32,000 bases of DNA from Psychrobacter sp. DM4 (GTDB lineage: Bacteria > Pseudomonadota > Gammaproteobacteria > Pseudomonadales > Moraxellaceae), in NCBI RefSeq assembly GCF_051307035.1, contig NZ_CP195536.1, forward strand, positions 60,001-92,000. The letters run 5' to 3'. The position numbers were made by a program, and so were the translations under genes. Of this stretch, positions 16,505-26,772 are shown piece after piece; the first letter of the stretch is position 1; every line of letters starts with the position of its first letter. The notes beneath the pieces were generated by a model, which worked only from the letters and a program-made list of their open reading frames with translations, was not told where the DNA came from and did not search any database.

Positions 16505-18184
16505 CTACTTGACGTCGGTCAATAAGCTGCGCGCATGATCGCGCGTGACATCGGTAATGATTACGCCGCCCGACATACGAGCAAGCTCATCGACCTGCGC
16601 GCTGCCCGTTATGATGATGAGCTCGCTTTGAGTCAGCTTGTCGTGATGCTTTTGTACCAAAATATGTTGATGCGCTTGCGCTGCGACCTGTGCTTGGTGA
16701 GTAATGGCTAAGAGCTGCTGCGTCTGACCCAGTGTCCGTAGTAACTCGCCGACCACTTGGGCGGTGCCGCCACTGATACCGACATCGACCTCATCAAATA
16801 CCAGCATAGGTTTGGCTGCATTAGTATCCGCATTGGTCACCTGCAAAACCTGCATCACAAGCGCCATACGCGACAGCTCACCACCTGAGGCAATTTTGTG
16901 GAGTGGCTGCATCGGCATACCGACGTTGGCGCTAAAGAGCAGGTCGATATCATAGCAGCCTTGGGCATTGTATTGCGCAGAATCACGCTTAGTGGACGCA
17001 AACTCACAGCGTGCATTAGGTAGAGCCAAGGGTTTTAGTTGTGCGATAAGCTGCTGACAAATTACAGGCGCAGCTTTGGCTCTTGCTTTATGAAGTGCTG
17101 TCGCCTGAACAAGATAGTCCTGCCAAGCTTGCTCAATTTGCTCGGCCATTGCATCGCTGCTCGGCTCGTTTTCTAGCTCATCTAACTGCTGCTGCCAAGC
17201 TTTGGCCTCAGTGATTAAATCTATCGCTGGTAGGTTATATTTGCGTGAGAGGCGATGACCCAGACTAATCAGATTATCAAGTGTTTGTAAGCGTTCAGGA
17301 TCAGGGAGCTGCTGTTCGGCATAGTCTGAGAGTAGGGATGTGACTTCGGTAATCTGCTGCTGCGCAAGATGAAGCTGCTCTGAGGCTTGCCCAAAGGTCG
17401 CACTGACATCGATTTGATGATCGCACAGCTTGATCGCTTGTCCAAGCAACGTCATGACATCAGGTTCATCAGTGTCGTTATCGAGTAGATGAAGGCTATG
17501 GCTCGCTTCCGTCATAAGCGCTTCGATATTAGACAGCTCTTCGTGCTCCGCTTCAACATCAGCGTAATCGGTAGAGAGTAGCGGCGCGATATCGGCAATC
17601 TGGTTTTGTAGCAATAGCATGCGGTCTTGACGCTGCGCCTCGCGGCTGGCGATATCATCGGCGCGGCGCTTGAGTTGCTGGTAGTGCTGATAGCTTGTGG
17701 CAGTATTGTCGGCGAGCGTGTTAATTTGCGCCATCGCATCTAGCCACTGGACCACGAATTGCGGTTTGAGCAGTGCCTGCTGAGCGTGTTGGCTATGAAT
17801 ATTAACCAGTAGCGCACCCAAGCCTTTAAGCTCAGCTAAGCTAACCGGCGTACCGTTAAGCCAAGCTTTTGAGCGCCCACTACTACTAAGCTGACGTCGT
17901 ACCAGTACCTCTGGCTCATCCAAAAGGCGCTCATGCGCTGCAAACCAATCGGCTATCGCTTGATTATCTTGTACATCGAACTGCGCATAGATATCCGCGT
18001 GCGCCGCGCCATGCCTGACCATAGCGCTATCGGCGCGCTCGCCTATGCATAGAGATAGCGCATCGAGCAGTAGCGACTTACCTGCACCCGTCTCGCCCGT
18101 AATGACATTGAAACCCTCAGCCATACTCAGCTCATGCTGAGCGATCAAGGCAAACTGATGTAGAGTTAAAGATAAAAGCATCAA
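16505..18184 (-). CDS. recN: DNA repair protein RecN
   Basis: The N-terminal Walker A is VITGETGAGKS, followed by a long coiled-coil middle. The C-terminus has SGGELSR (signature) and LVFDEVD (Walker B). Confidence 0.95.
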   Translation of the reverse strand: MMLLSLTLHQFALIAQHELSMAEGFNVITGETGAGKSLLLDALSLCIGERADSAMVRHGAAHADIYAQFDVQDNQAIADWFAAHERLLDEPEVLVRRQLSSSGRSKAWLNGTPVSLAELKGLGALLVNIHSQHAQQALLKPQFVVQWLDAMAQINTLADNTATSYQHYQQLKRRADDIASREAQRQDRMLLLQNQIADIAPLLSTDYADVEAEHEELSNIEALMTEASHSLHLLDNDTDEPDVMTLLGQAIKLCDHQIDVSATFGQASEQLHLAQQQITEVTSLLSDYAEQQLPDPERLQTLDNLISLGHRLSRKYNLPAIDLITEAKAWQQQLDELENEPSSDAMAEQIEQAWQDYLVQATALHKARAKAAPVICQQLIAQLKPLALPNARCEFASTKRDSAQYNAQGCYDIDLLFSANVGMPMQPLHKIASGGELSRMALVMQVLQVTNADTNAAKPMLVFDEVDVGISGGTAQVVGELLRTLGQTQQLLAITHQAQVAAQAHQHILVQKHHDKLTQSELIIITGSAQVDELARMSGGVIITDVTRDHARSLLTDVK

Positions 18185-18644
18185 CGCCTCTCGTGGCTAA
18201 TCATAACCTTTAAACAAACCCTGTTAAATGTCATCAAATGAGCAAGGGGTGTACCACAACGATGCATGGCTATTTAAGGTTAGATAAAGGAGTGAAAAAG
18301 TAAATACATTAGGCAAATAGTATGGTGTTAAACTATGGCAAATACAAATTCTACTGCTAAAATATCACATAAATCTACAGGCTAAGTACCTAAAAAGATA
18401 GTATTTATCACTTAAAATGCTCATTATTTAACGTCTTATTTTACTAAATTCTGCTATTTTTGGCAGCGTAGTAACAAACTTTACAGATATAATGTGGTAG
18501 CATAATCTCACACAACGATAAACTTTTACGCTCATTGCGACCCTGTTTACGTTGCAAGATATATCAAAGACAGCTGTCCTAGTGATAGCTTGATCCATTA
18601 CTTATTTTTTAGTTTAGTTGTGATTATTTGATAAGGAAGTCCCT

Positions 18645-18980
18645 ATGACAGCGGTAAAATTTTCTAACGTGACTGTTAATGCGCAAGCCACTATATCCTA
18701 CGATGGACGCTGCTCAAGCCATACTATTATGTTCGAAGATGGTCGCCACAAGACGCTAGGTGTCATTTTGCCTTGTGATAATTTGGTTGATCATTATCAC
18801 TTTAGTACCAATACCTCTGAGCGTATCGAAATTATTAGTGGTGAGTGTGAAGTCAAGATAAGCGATGATGAGGATTTTAATTACTACCGCGCTGGACAAT
18901 CCTTCGTCGTCGAAGGCAATAGTGGCTTTAACCTGCGTACCGATGAGATTGTTCAATATGTCTGTCATCTTGAAGGCTAA
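18645..18980 (+). CDS. ppnP: Pyrimidine/purine nucleoside phosphorylase PpnP (DUF1255/YaiE)
   Basis: The protein is a ~110 aa cupin-like protein, with ..HKTLGVILP.. and ..ERIEIISGECEVKI.. typical of YaiE/PpnP. AAGGAA lies 6 nt upstream of the ATG. Confidence 0.8.
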   Translation: MTAVKFSNVTVNAQATISYDGRCSSHTIMFEDGRHKTLGVILPCDNLVDHYHFSTNTSERIEIISGECEVKISDDEDFNYYRAGQSFVVEGNSGFNLRTDEIVQYVCHLEG

Positions 18981-19038
18981 GCGTCAATTTAAACTTGCAG
19001 GTTCAAAATTTCAGCACTAGCAGTTCTCCATCTATACG

Positions 19039-19076
19039 AACAAACAAAATCGCCGAGATTCTGTTTGTTTTTCTTT
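19039..19076 (+). terminator. Putative rho-independent terminator after ppnP
   Basis: AACAAACA (19039-19046) pairs with TGTTTGTT (19062-19069), with an inner AATC/GATT pairing, and is followed by TTTCTTT. The stem is AT-rich. Confidence 0.5.
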
Positions 19077-19116
19077 GAATAATACTCATACTTATACTTT
19101 AATCAGCAGGCCTGTT

Positions 19117-19887
19117 ATGGCAAAACCTAGTTATTTTTATGGTATTCATGCTATCGATGCTTTACTGGCTCATCGTCCTTTAGATGGCTTGAGTTTATTT
19201 GTGCAACAAGGACGCGAGAGCGATGCTCATGTACAGGCCATTATTGCAGAGGCCAAAGCTAACGGTATCAGCATCCAGCCTACGCAAAAAGATAGCCTTA
19301 CGCAGTTGTGCGGCAGTCCTCAACATCAAGGGCTAGTCCTTCACGCGCGTCCCCTAGGATTTGCTGATGAAGGGCTAATCGATACTATTAGTAAACGCGA
19401 TCAGTGTCTGCTATTAGTACTTGATCAAATTACTGATGCTCACAATTTTGGCGCTTGTCTGCGCACCGCAGTGGCGATGGGCGTTGACGCGGTTATTTGT
19501 CCAAAACATCATGCCGCAAGTCTCACACCAACGGTTGCTAAGGTATCAGTAGGCGCCGCTGAGATGATGCCTATTATTAGCGTGACTAATCTAGCCCGAA
19601 CCCTTACCAAGATCAAAAGTGCTGGTATCTTTGTCTTTGGTACGGCACTAGAGGCAAATGCTAAACCCATACACGACGCTGATATGACAGGTAAGACAGC
19701 GTTAATCATGGGATCTGAAGGGGATGGCATGCGCCGCTTGACTAGGGAGAGCTGCGATGAGCTGGTATATATTCCGATGTCAGGTAACGCGCATGGCAAT
19801 CTTCAAAGCCTGAACGTCAGTGTTGCCACTGGTATGGCGCTATATGAGATCAATCGGCAGCGAACTTTAGCTGCTGGGCAAGCGTAA
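19117..19887 (+). CDS. rlmB: 23S rRNA (guanosine-2'-O)-methyltransferase RlmB (SpoU/TrmH family)
   Basis: The SpoU substrate-binding N-domain (YGIHAI..AL) and the TrmH motifs (LDQITDAHNFGA, LIMGSEGDGMR, LNVSVATGMALYE) are present. The ATG at 19117 is preferred because the TTG at 19075 lies inside the ppnP terminator. Confidence 0.88.
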   Translation: MAKPSYFYGIHAIDALLAHRPLDGLSLFVQQGRESDAHVQAIIAEAKANGISIQPTQKDSLTQLCGSPQHQGLVLHARPLGFADEGLIDTISKRDQCLLLVLDQITDAHNFGACLRTAVAMGVDAVICPKHHAASLTPTVAKVSVGAAEMMPIISVTNLARTLTKIKSAGIFVFGTALEANAKPIHDADMTGKTALIMGSEGDGMRRLTRESCDELVYIPMSGNAHGNLQSLNVSVATGMALYEINRQRTLAAGQA

Positions 19888-20560
19888 GATAATCTTGATG
19901 CAAAGGTTCTAAGTGCTGATACAAAGTCTCAAGATCAGCATCATTGAGTACCACATCATCAGCATGACGAGTACGATCACCGCGATCTAATTGATTGAGC
20001 ATAATGGCTTTGATTTTTGCTACGCTTTGCCCATCGCGCAGACTTGCCCGTGCAAGCTGTGCATCCTCCGCCGCGTCTATGACTAAGATACGCTGACACA
20101 AATTGGCTAGTCCTGCTTCTGCGGCTTCAATCAGCAGAGGCGCTGAGAGCACTGCGTAGGCTGAGGTGCTGGTATTCAATTGCGCTTTAGCCGCCTCGCG
20201 TATCGCAGGATGCGTGATGGTTTCAAGCTCTACAAGGGCTTCAGGATTGGCAAATACATGCGTTCTAACCGCTGCTCTATCCATCGCACCCGATGCGTTA
20301 ATCACCCAATCTCCAAATTTCTTTTGAATTTTGCGTAGTGTTGGGCTTCCTTTTGTTACGACTTCGTGAGCGATTACGTCAGCATCTATAATATCGATGC
20401 CTTGCTTGGCGAACCAGTTGGTCGCCGCAGACTTACCACTACCGATCCCGCCAGTAAGTCCGATAACCAGTTTGGTCTTATCAAAACCAGTGACTTGACG
20501 TGCCGATTTATGACTAAGGTCAGCGTAGGATGAGTTTGAATGTATAGGCATAGTGATCAC
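19850..20560 (-). CDS. coaE: Dephospho-CoA kinase
   Basis: The P-loop is GLTGGIGSGKS and the protein is collinear with E. coli CoaE to the C-terminus (LH..YL.LA). The start is ambiguous between GTG at 20560 and ATG at 20551. It sits downstream of pilD as in the Pseudomonas pilBCD-coaE cluster. Confidence 0.88.
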   Translation of the reverse strand: MITMPIHSNSSYADLSHKSARQVTGFDKTKLVIGLTGGIGSGKSAATNWFAKQGIDIIDADVIAHEVVTKGSPTLRKIQKKFGDWVINASGAMDRAAVRTHVFANPEALVELETITHPAIREAAKAQLNTSTSAYAVLSAPLLIEAAEAGLANLCQRILVIDAAEDAQLARASLRDGQSVAKIKAIMLNQLDRGDRTRHADDVVLNDADLETLYQHLEPLHQDYLTLAQQLKFAAD

Positions 20561-20727
20561 TTATTATTGGCGAATTAAATAGGGCAGTTGGACATAAGTA
20601 TCCTACAACCACAATCATAAAAATTGACTATTCTAGCGTCTAAATCACTATCAGATGTCGTGGTTACAGACTGTTATTGTAACGTTATGCTGAGCTTTCG
20701 GTAATCAACGATTAGACATACACATAC

Positions 20728-21630
20728 TTAAGCATACATGCCCAAATACCAACTTACGATATCAGCGCCGTACAATAATGCTATGATACCAGCGATAGCA
20801 ATATAAGGACCAAAAGCAAATGGCTGACTCTCGCCTTGGCGTCGCATCAAGATAATGCCAACGATTGAGCCAAGTAGTGACGAGAGCAGAATAATTAGCG
20901 GCAACATGATGGGTCCAAGCCAAGCGCCAAGTACTGCGAGCAGCTTAAAATCGCCTTGTCCCATACCGTGTTTTTTGGTGACTAAATAAAACACTTTGAC
21001 CACTATCCACAGCGACAAAAAACCCAGTAGCAAACCCCAAATAGACTGCGTTGGTGTCACAAACCAGCTTTGTGAATTGACTGCTAACCCTAGTCCAGCA
21101 AGCGGAAAGGTCAGGCGATCTGGCAATAGCTGCGTATCAAAATCGATACCGGTAAGTGCGATTAGAGTCCAGACTAAAATAAGCGCTGATAGCCCGATGA
21201 TGTTGACACCGAAGTGATAAATGACCGTCACTGTCAATATAGCGGTGACAAGCTCGACAATAGGGTAACGTATACCGATAGGCACTTTGCAAGCAGAGCA
21301 GCGACCACGTAGCATAAGCCAACTGATGAGAGGTATGTTCTCGTACCATTTGATTTTATGTGCGCAGTGCGGACAACGTGAAGCTGGTGTGCTTAAGGTA
21401 ATAGGGGCATCATGCGCTACCATTTGAGTAAGCTTCGCTGCCTGCTCATTTTTTATATCTGCTTGTCCTGCCAAAAACTGACTACATTCTTGTCGCCAAC
21501 TATAAACCATCATTAGTGGCATACGATGAATGACCACATTCAAAAAACTGCCGACACAGAGACCTAATACGGCGAATACGACCAAAGCCAAAGTCATATT
21601 GCTCTGTAATAGCGCTATTAATTGCATCAA
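20728..21630 (-). CDS. pilD: Prepilin peptidase / N-methyltransferase PilD (A24 family)
   Basis: The zinc motif is CPHC...CSAC, the protein is polytopic, and the catalytic Asp contexts GIDFD and GQGDFKL are present. Confidence 0.93.
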   Translation of the reverse strand: MMQLIALLQSNMTLALVVFAVLGLCVGSFLNVVIHRMPLMMVYSWRQECSQFLAGQADIKNEQAAKLTQMVAHDAPITLSTPASRCPHCAHKIKWYENIPLISWLMLRGRCSACKVPIGIRYPIVELVTAILTVTVIYHFGVNIIGLSALILVWTLIALTGIDFDTQLLPDRLTFPLAGLGLAVNSQSWFVTPTQSIWGLLLGFLSLWIVVKVFYLVTKKHGMGQGDFKLLAVLGAWLGPIMLPLIILLSSLLGSIVGIILMRRQGESQPFAFGPYIAIAGIIALLYGADIVSWYLGMYA

Positions 21631-21641
21631 CTTACTATCCT

Positions 21642-22865
21642 TTAGCCGACCACCGAACCCATTTGGAATATTGGCAAGTACATAGCAATGACTAAGCCGC
21701 CAACTAATACCCCAAGCACAGCCATAATCATAGGCTCCATTAAACTGGTCAAACCATCAACTGCGTTATCGACCTCATTCTCGTAATAGATAGCAACTTT
21801 ATCCAGCATCTCCTCCAAGCTACCAGACTCCTCACCAATACCGACCATCTGGATAACGAGACTTGGAAATAAATTGGTTGAACGAATAGAGAATTGCAAT
21901 TGCTGCCCGGTTGCCACATCATTTTTGATTTGCTGAGTGGCGTCATAAAAGACCACGTTATTGGTCGCACCCGCAGTGGAGTTCAACGCATCGATCAGCG
22001 GTACACCCGCGGCAAAAGTTGTCGAGAGCGTACGTGAGAAGCGAGCGATAATCGCTTGATAAGCGATGTTGCCAAAGATTGGCAGTTTTAGAGTAGCGCG
22101 ATCCAAAAAGTCGCGAAATTTCTTTGAGCGTTTTTTGGCCTCCGAAAACCCTATAATAGAGGCACCAATAAGAATGACAAGAATGAACCACCACGATTGC
22201 ATCCACTCAGACATATTAACGACCATTTGGGTAAAGGCTGGTAATTCTGCACCAAAGGAGGCAAATAAATCGGAGAAAACAGGAACCACTTTGATCAGCA
22301 AAATCATGGTGACAATAATAGCGACAACGATAACCGCAATAGGGTATTTCATCGCTTTTTTGATTTTTGCTTTGAGTAGCTCACTTTTTTCTTTATAAGT
22401 GGCGACCCGCTCTAGCATCGTCTCTAATGCACCAGATTGCTCGCCTGAATCCACTAAAGAGCAAAACAAGTTGTCAAAATAGCGCGGGTGTTTGCGCAGG
22501 GCAGAGGCAAAAGTGCCGCCCGCTTCGATATCCGCTTTAATTTGTAGTACCAGCTCTTTCATACTTGGATTATCAAGAGAGTCGGCGACAATCTCAAACG
22601 ACTGCGTTAAAGGCACGCCTGCTTTCATCATCGTCGCCAGCTGCCGTGAAAATATCGCGATATCGATAGCTTTGATCGGTTTTTTGAACTCAAACAAGGG
22701 TTTGGGCTTTTTCTTAATGCCTTTGACCGTGATGCCTTGTTTGCGCAAAGTCGCTTTTGCCAACTCCAAACTACGGCTGGTGGTCTCGCCCTTTATCTTT
22801 TGACCACGGCGATTGACTCCATCATAGACAAAGTCTAATAGCATATCGGTCTTAGCTTTTGCCAT
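21642..22865 (-). CDS. pilC: Type IV pilus inner-membrane platform protein PilC
   Basis: The protein shows a duplicated GspF/PilC domain. The start at MAKAKTDM.. (22865) has GAGGGTGA upstream and matches the PilC N-terminus better than the ATG at 22886. Confidence 0.9.
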   Translation of the reverse strand: MAKAKTDMLLDFVYDGVNRRGQKIKGETTSRSLELAKATLRKQGITVKGIKKKPKPLFEFKKPIKAIDIAIFSRQLATMMKAGVPLTQSFEIVADSLDNPSMKELVLQIKADIEAGGTFASALRKHPRYFDNLFCSLVDSGEQSGALETMLERVATYKEKSELLKAKIKKAMKYPIAVIVVAIIVTMILLIKVVPVFSDLFASFGAELPAFTQMVVNMSEWMQSWWFILVILIGASIIGFSEAKKRSKKFRDFLDRATLKLPIFGNIAYQAIIARFSRTLSTTFAAGVPLIDALNSTAGATNNVVFYDATQQIKNDVATGQQLQFSIRSTNLFPSLVIQMVGIGEESGSLEEMLDKVAIYYENEVDNAVDGLTSLMEPMIMAVLGVLVGGLVIAMYLPIFQMGSVVG

Positions 22866-23025
22866 GTTCTCACCCTCGAATGTCATTCAATAAAACAGTA
22901 TTTTCTACTTATACAATGCGTAACGGAATACTCTTACAAAAGTAGTTATTTATTTTAGCGCAAAACGGATCATTCATTGATATTAATTTTATGGTCTTCG
23001 ATATTATCTGTTTGTGCTTATAGGA

Positions 23026-24729
23026 TTATTCAGAAGTGACGCGCATCATCTCTTGAATGCTTGTCACGCCTTGTAGCACCTTTAGGATACCAGAGCGGCG
23101 TAGATCCCTAAACCCATTCTTGAGTGCAGCGTCTTTAATGTCTATTGCGTTGCCATCTTCCATAATAATACGCGAGATATCTGGACTAACTTTCATGACC
23201 TCATAAATACCGACGCGGCCTTTGTAGCCCTCGCGGCATTCGCTACAGCCTACCGGCTCACTGATATGATTATTGGGATCATCTAAATCTGCATCAGTAA
23301 ACCCAAGCTCCAGCAGACTCTGACGCGGGACATCTATAGGCTTTTTGCAGTTTTTGCATAATCTACGGGCAAGACGCTGGGCGATAACCAGATTGACTGA
23401 GGTGGCAATATTAAAGGAGGCCACGCCCATGTTGCGCAGGCGCGTTAAGGTTTCAGGTGCTGAGTTGGTGTGCAAGGTTGAGAGTACCATATGTCCTGTT
23501 TGCGCCGCTTTAATCGCAATCTCAGCAGTTTCAAGGTCACGAATTTCACCGACCATGACAATATCAGGATCTTGACGTAAAAAAGACTTAAGCGAATTGG
23601 CAAAGGTCAGACCGACTTTGGCGTTAACGTTGACCTGATTAATGCCTTCAAGGTTAATCTCGACGGGATCCTCAGCCGTTGAGATATTCGTCTCGCCCGT
23701 ATTTAAGATATTGATACCCGTATAAAGAGAAACCGTCTTACCAGAACCTGTCGGACCAGTTATGAGCAGCATACCTTGCGGTTTGTGCAGCGCCGCCAAA
23801 AACATCTCTTGCTGATCAGGCTCATAGCCCAAAGCTTCGATACCAAGCATCGCTGATGAGGGGTCCAAAATACGTAACACCAGCTTTTCGCCAAACAACG
23901 TCGGCAAAGAGCTTACCCGAAAGTCGATCGCTTTATTTTTGGATAATTTGAGCTTGATACGTCCATCTTGTGGCACGCGACGCTCTGAGATATCCATCTG
24001 CGACATAACCTTTAGGCGAGCGGCGATTTTGCTGGCAAGTTGCACAGGCGGATTGGCCATTTTTTGCATGACACCATCAACGCGAAAGCGCACGCGAAAG
24101 CTCTTCTCGTATGGCTCAAAATGCAAATCCGATGCGCCCATACGAATAGCATCGACGAGCATTTTATTGACGAACTTGACGACTGGGGCCTCATCAACCC
24201 CATCGGATAGTTTACCCTCGTCCTCGTTAGCCTCAGGGTCTATAAAATCGACGTTTAAGTCGCTATCGGCAAATCCGCTAAAGCTTTGCATGGTATCGGC
24301 ATATAGCTTTTCGATACGGGATTTGAGCTTATCTTCTTCAACCACTACCGTTTCAACGGACAACCGTGAGTTAAAGGCAACCGCATCTATAGCATCGATA
24401 CGCGTAGGATCACTTAACGCTACAAATAATCGCTGACCGCGCTTAAAAATAGGCAAAGCATTAAATTTGCGTACTATTTTTTCATCGATTAGATCTTTGG
24501 GTATGTTGTCATCGTTCAACGCATTGAGATCAAACAAAGGATCGCCAAAAGCTTGTGACATCATAGTCGCCAACTGATAAGCAGTGGCTATTTTATTATC
24601 TACCAAATAAGACACAAGTCCTATTTGCTGCTGCCGCGCCTCTTTTTGCGCGGTGTTCATTTGCGCCTCGTTAACGATTCCTTCGCTAATGAGCTGCTGC
24701 GCTAAGCCGCCAATTTTAATGGTTGTCAT
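23026..24729 (-). CDS. pilB: Type IV pilus assembly ATPase PilB
   Basis: The GspE-type ATPase features are present: Walker A GPTGSGKT, Asp/His boxes, and the tetracysteine CKNC...CSEC. Confidence 0.95.
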   Translation of the reverse strand: MTTIKIGGLAQQLISEGIVNEAQMNTAQKEARQQQIGLVSYLVDNKIATAYQLATMMSQAFGDPLFDLNALNDDNIPKDLIDEKIVRKFNALPIFKRGQRLFVALSDPTRIDAIDAVAFNSRLSVETVVVEEDKLKSRIEKLYADTMQSFSGFADSDLNVDFIDPEANEDEGKLSDGVDEAPVVKFVNKMLVDAIRMGASDLHFEPYEKSFRVRFRVDGVMQKMANPPVQLASKIAARLKVMSQMDISERRVPQDGRIKLKLSKNKAIDFRVSSLPTLFGEKLVLRILDPSSAMLGIEALGYEPDQQEMFLAALHKPQGMLLITGPTGSGKTVSLYTGINILNTGETNISTAEDPVEINLEGINQVNVNAKVGLTFANSLKSFLRQDPDIVMVGEIRDLETAEIAIKAAQTGHMVLSTLHTNSAPETLTRLRNMGVASFNIATSVNLVIAQRLARRLCKNCKKPIDVPRQSLLELGFTDADLDDPNNHISEPVGCSECREGYKGRVGIYEVMKVSPDISRIIMEDGNAIDIKDAALKNGFRDLRRSGILKVLQGVTSIQEMMRVTSE

Positions 24730-24878
24730 AGATATAGTCTCTCCCTAACCTTGCTATCAGTGCTCTTCTTTATCATATCTGTATCTATACTGCTGTTCTA
24801 TATACTATAGCACTTGCTAAATATTTGTTATACTTGCGCGCATAAAACAATAATGATGAGTTATAAAGGGTCGATAAG

Positions 24879-25673
24879 ATGCAAACTTGGGTAATAGGCA
24901 ACTGGAAACAAAATCCTGCGACCAGTCACGAAGCGGGTGCACTCGTGCAAGGCTTGCTTGCTGCTATTGATGCAAAATCTGCGCCAATAGCTTGTCAGTT
25001 GATGGTCGCACCAAGTAGCATACATCTGGCAGCTGTTAGCACGCAAATTAAAGGAACACTGCTGCTCGCTGCCGCGCAAGACATTAGCGCGCACAGTGAT
25101 AGCATAGGCGCCTATACTGGTGATTGCTCAGCGCAGCAAGTTGCTGATGCTGGTGCAACATGGATACTGTTGGGTCACTCTGAGCGCCGTCAGTATCATC
25201 AAGAGTCGCATGAAGCGCTCATACAAAAGCTGTCTTGTGCTCTCAAACAAAATTTGGGTGTCATATTCTGTATTGGTGAGACCCAAGCGCAATATGATGA
25301 TGACCAAACCCTTGACGTGATCGATGAGCAGTTGTCCCTTATCAAGGACTTACTGGAGCAGCAACTAGAGATTGGCAACCCGCTCTCAGAGCGTTTGCTC
25401 ATTGCTTATGAGCCTGTGTGGGCGATAGGTACAGGTAAAGTGCCAACCGTAGCAGAAGTCAGCGCCACCCATCAGCATATTAAACAGACGCTCGCTGGAT
25501 TTTCAGCAGAACTTGCTAATATTAGTGTGCTTTATGGCGGTAGCGTCAATGCTGACAACGCTCAAGACTTTGCCACAGATAGCATGATAGATGGTGCTTT
25601 GGTTGGCGGAGCATCATTAAAAGTAGAAAGCTTTTTGGCTATTGCTGATGCCTTTGGTCAAAACAGCGAGTAA
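24879..25673 (+). CDS. tpiA: Triosephosphate isomerase
   Basis: The active-site contexts GNWK, GHSERR and [11 protein letters not shown] are all present. Confidence 0.93.
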   Translation: MQTWVIGNWKQNPATSHEAGALVQGLLAAIDAKSAPIACQLMVAPSSIHLAAVSTQIKGTLLLAAAQDISAHSDSIGAYTGDCSAQQVADAGATWILLGHSERRQYHQESHEALIQKLSCALKQNLGVIFCIGETQAQYDDDQTLDVIDEQLSLIKDLLEQQLEIGNPLSERLLIAYEPVWAIGTGKVPTVAEVSATHQHIKQTLAGFSAELANISVLYGGSVNADNAQDFATDSMIDGALVGGASLKVESFLAIADAFGQNSE

Positions 25674-25976
25674 TCTGAAGTTTTTACAGTGTTGATGATG
25701 AGTCTATATCAACAGGTGACTTTGATAATAAGCGAGTTGTTGTGTCACAAGTATAAACTACTATGTTGTAAGACTGTCTTTACAAGGCCATAAAAGTGGC
25801 TTTAATATTGCCCTTGCAATCGTGTACAATGCGCCTTATTTATTATGCCTTGATACGATAAGCTCTTACTTAATAGACCTTTAGACTCCGCTTGCACGTA
25901 CTGCGATAAGCGACCTGTAATCAAGCCATACCTTATTATCGTTACCAGTCGTCATTAGATGGCAAAAGAGGACAGC

Positions 25977-26288
25977 ATGTTTACGTTTATATTAGCCATA
26001 CACATTATCGTAGCAATAGCTATGATCGGCTTGATTTTGATACAGCATGGCAAAGGGGCAGACGCTGGCGCTTCTTTTGGTGCTGGCTCCTCTGGTACTG
26101 TTTTTGGCGCTGCAGGTACAGCGAACTTTTTGACTCGTGCGACCGCTGTACTTACGGTTATATTTTTCATTACTAGTATGGTACTGGCGGTTAATGCCCG
26201 TGAGCAAGCTGAAGATCAGTTTCGTTTAGATGCGCCTGTATCAGCGCCGCAAACGCCGCGTCCTTTGACCGAGAATCCTCAGCAGTAG
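25977..26288 (+). CDS. secG: Preprotein translocase subunit SecG
   Basis: The sequence MFTFILAIHIIVAIAMIGLILIQHGKGADAG... is typical of SecG. AAGAGGA lies 5 nt upstream of the ATG at 25977, so the start at 25959 is unlikely. Confidence 0.9.
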   Translation: MFTFILAIHIIVAIAMIGLILIQHGKGADAGASFGAGSSGTVFGAAGTANFLTRATAVLTVIFFITSMVLAVNAREQAEDQFRLDAPVSAPQTPRPLTENPQQ

Positions 26289-26473
26289 TTTGAGCATTAG
26301 TAATTAAAGATAATCGTCTATTGACGGGTACTCAGCGCTTGCTATTTTGAGTCGTTAGTCTTACAATACTTTTTCTGTTTTTACAGCCGACTTTTAGTAG
26401 TCAGCCTACTGTTTGTATTTTCCTCAAAGGGCAGTATGGTTAAAATCAGTTTGATGAGTTTATAGTCTCATAA

Positions 26474-26558
26474 GCGATTGTGGTGGAATTGGTAGACACG
26501 CCATCTTGAGGGGGTGGTGGCGCAAGCTGTGGGGGTTCAAGTCCCCCCAATCGCACCA
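26474..26558 (+). tRNA. leuU: tRNA-Leu (anticodon GAG), class II with long variable arm, CCA encoded
   Basis: I folded it by hand. The acceptor is GCGATTG/CAATCGC, the anticodon stem is CCATC/GGTGG with loop TTGAGGG, and the T arm is GGGGG-TTCAAGT-CCCCC. It is collinear with E. coli leuU and sits downstream of secG as in E. coli and Pseudomonas. Confidence 0.93.
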
Positions 26559-26607
26559 AGTTTTAGTAGTACGAATGCAGTTATAATCGTCTTTAGTCAA
26601 ATAAAGA

Positions 26608-26636
26608 TTGACAAGGTAGTAAAACCTACCTATAAT
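26608..26636 (+). promoter_or_regulatory. Consensus sigma70 promoter for the initiator tRNA-rimP-nusA-infB operon
   Basis: TTGACA (26608-26613) is separated from TATAAT (26631-26636) by a 17 nt spacer. The -10 element lies 16 nt upstream of the tRNA 5' end. The spacer contains the GGTAG/CTACC inverted repeat. Confidence 0.65.
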
Positions 26637-26652
26637 ACGCATTCTAAATTGT

Positions 26653-26729
<77 letters not shown>

Positions 26730-26772
26730 CTTTTTATACTGATGTTTGTACCCTAAACAGTCAGTGTCGATT

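Noticed and set aside
18185-18644. SOS (LexA) box upstream of recN and possible regulatory RNA in the 460 bp AT-rich recN/ppnP intergenic region
   Set aside because: I scanned by eye for CTGT-N8-ACAG on both strands and found only partial matches (for example CTGTTAAATGTCATCA at ~18221). No convincing hairpins or repeats were seen. I cannot support any specific site.
23939-24436. 165 aa plus-strand ORF antisense to pilB, and similar antisense ORFs in pepA (4296-4694), pilC (22066-22398, 22492-22803), lptF, the xerD-linked methyltransferase and recN
   Set aside because: Each is fully embedded in a well-supported, motif-rich gene on the other strand. None has a recognisable domain or a convincing ribosome-binding site.
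25674-25976. Hairpin TGTTGAT..ATCAACA (about 25691-25715) after tpiA as a terminator, and a TACAAT -10 candidate at 25825-25830 for secG
   Set aside because: The hairpin lacks a following T-tract. The -10 candidate has no acceptable -35 at 16-18 nt spacing. The evidence is too weak to annotate either.
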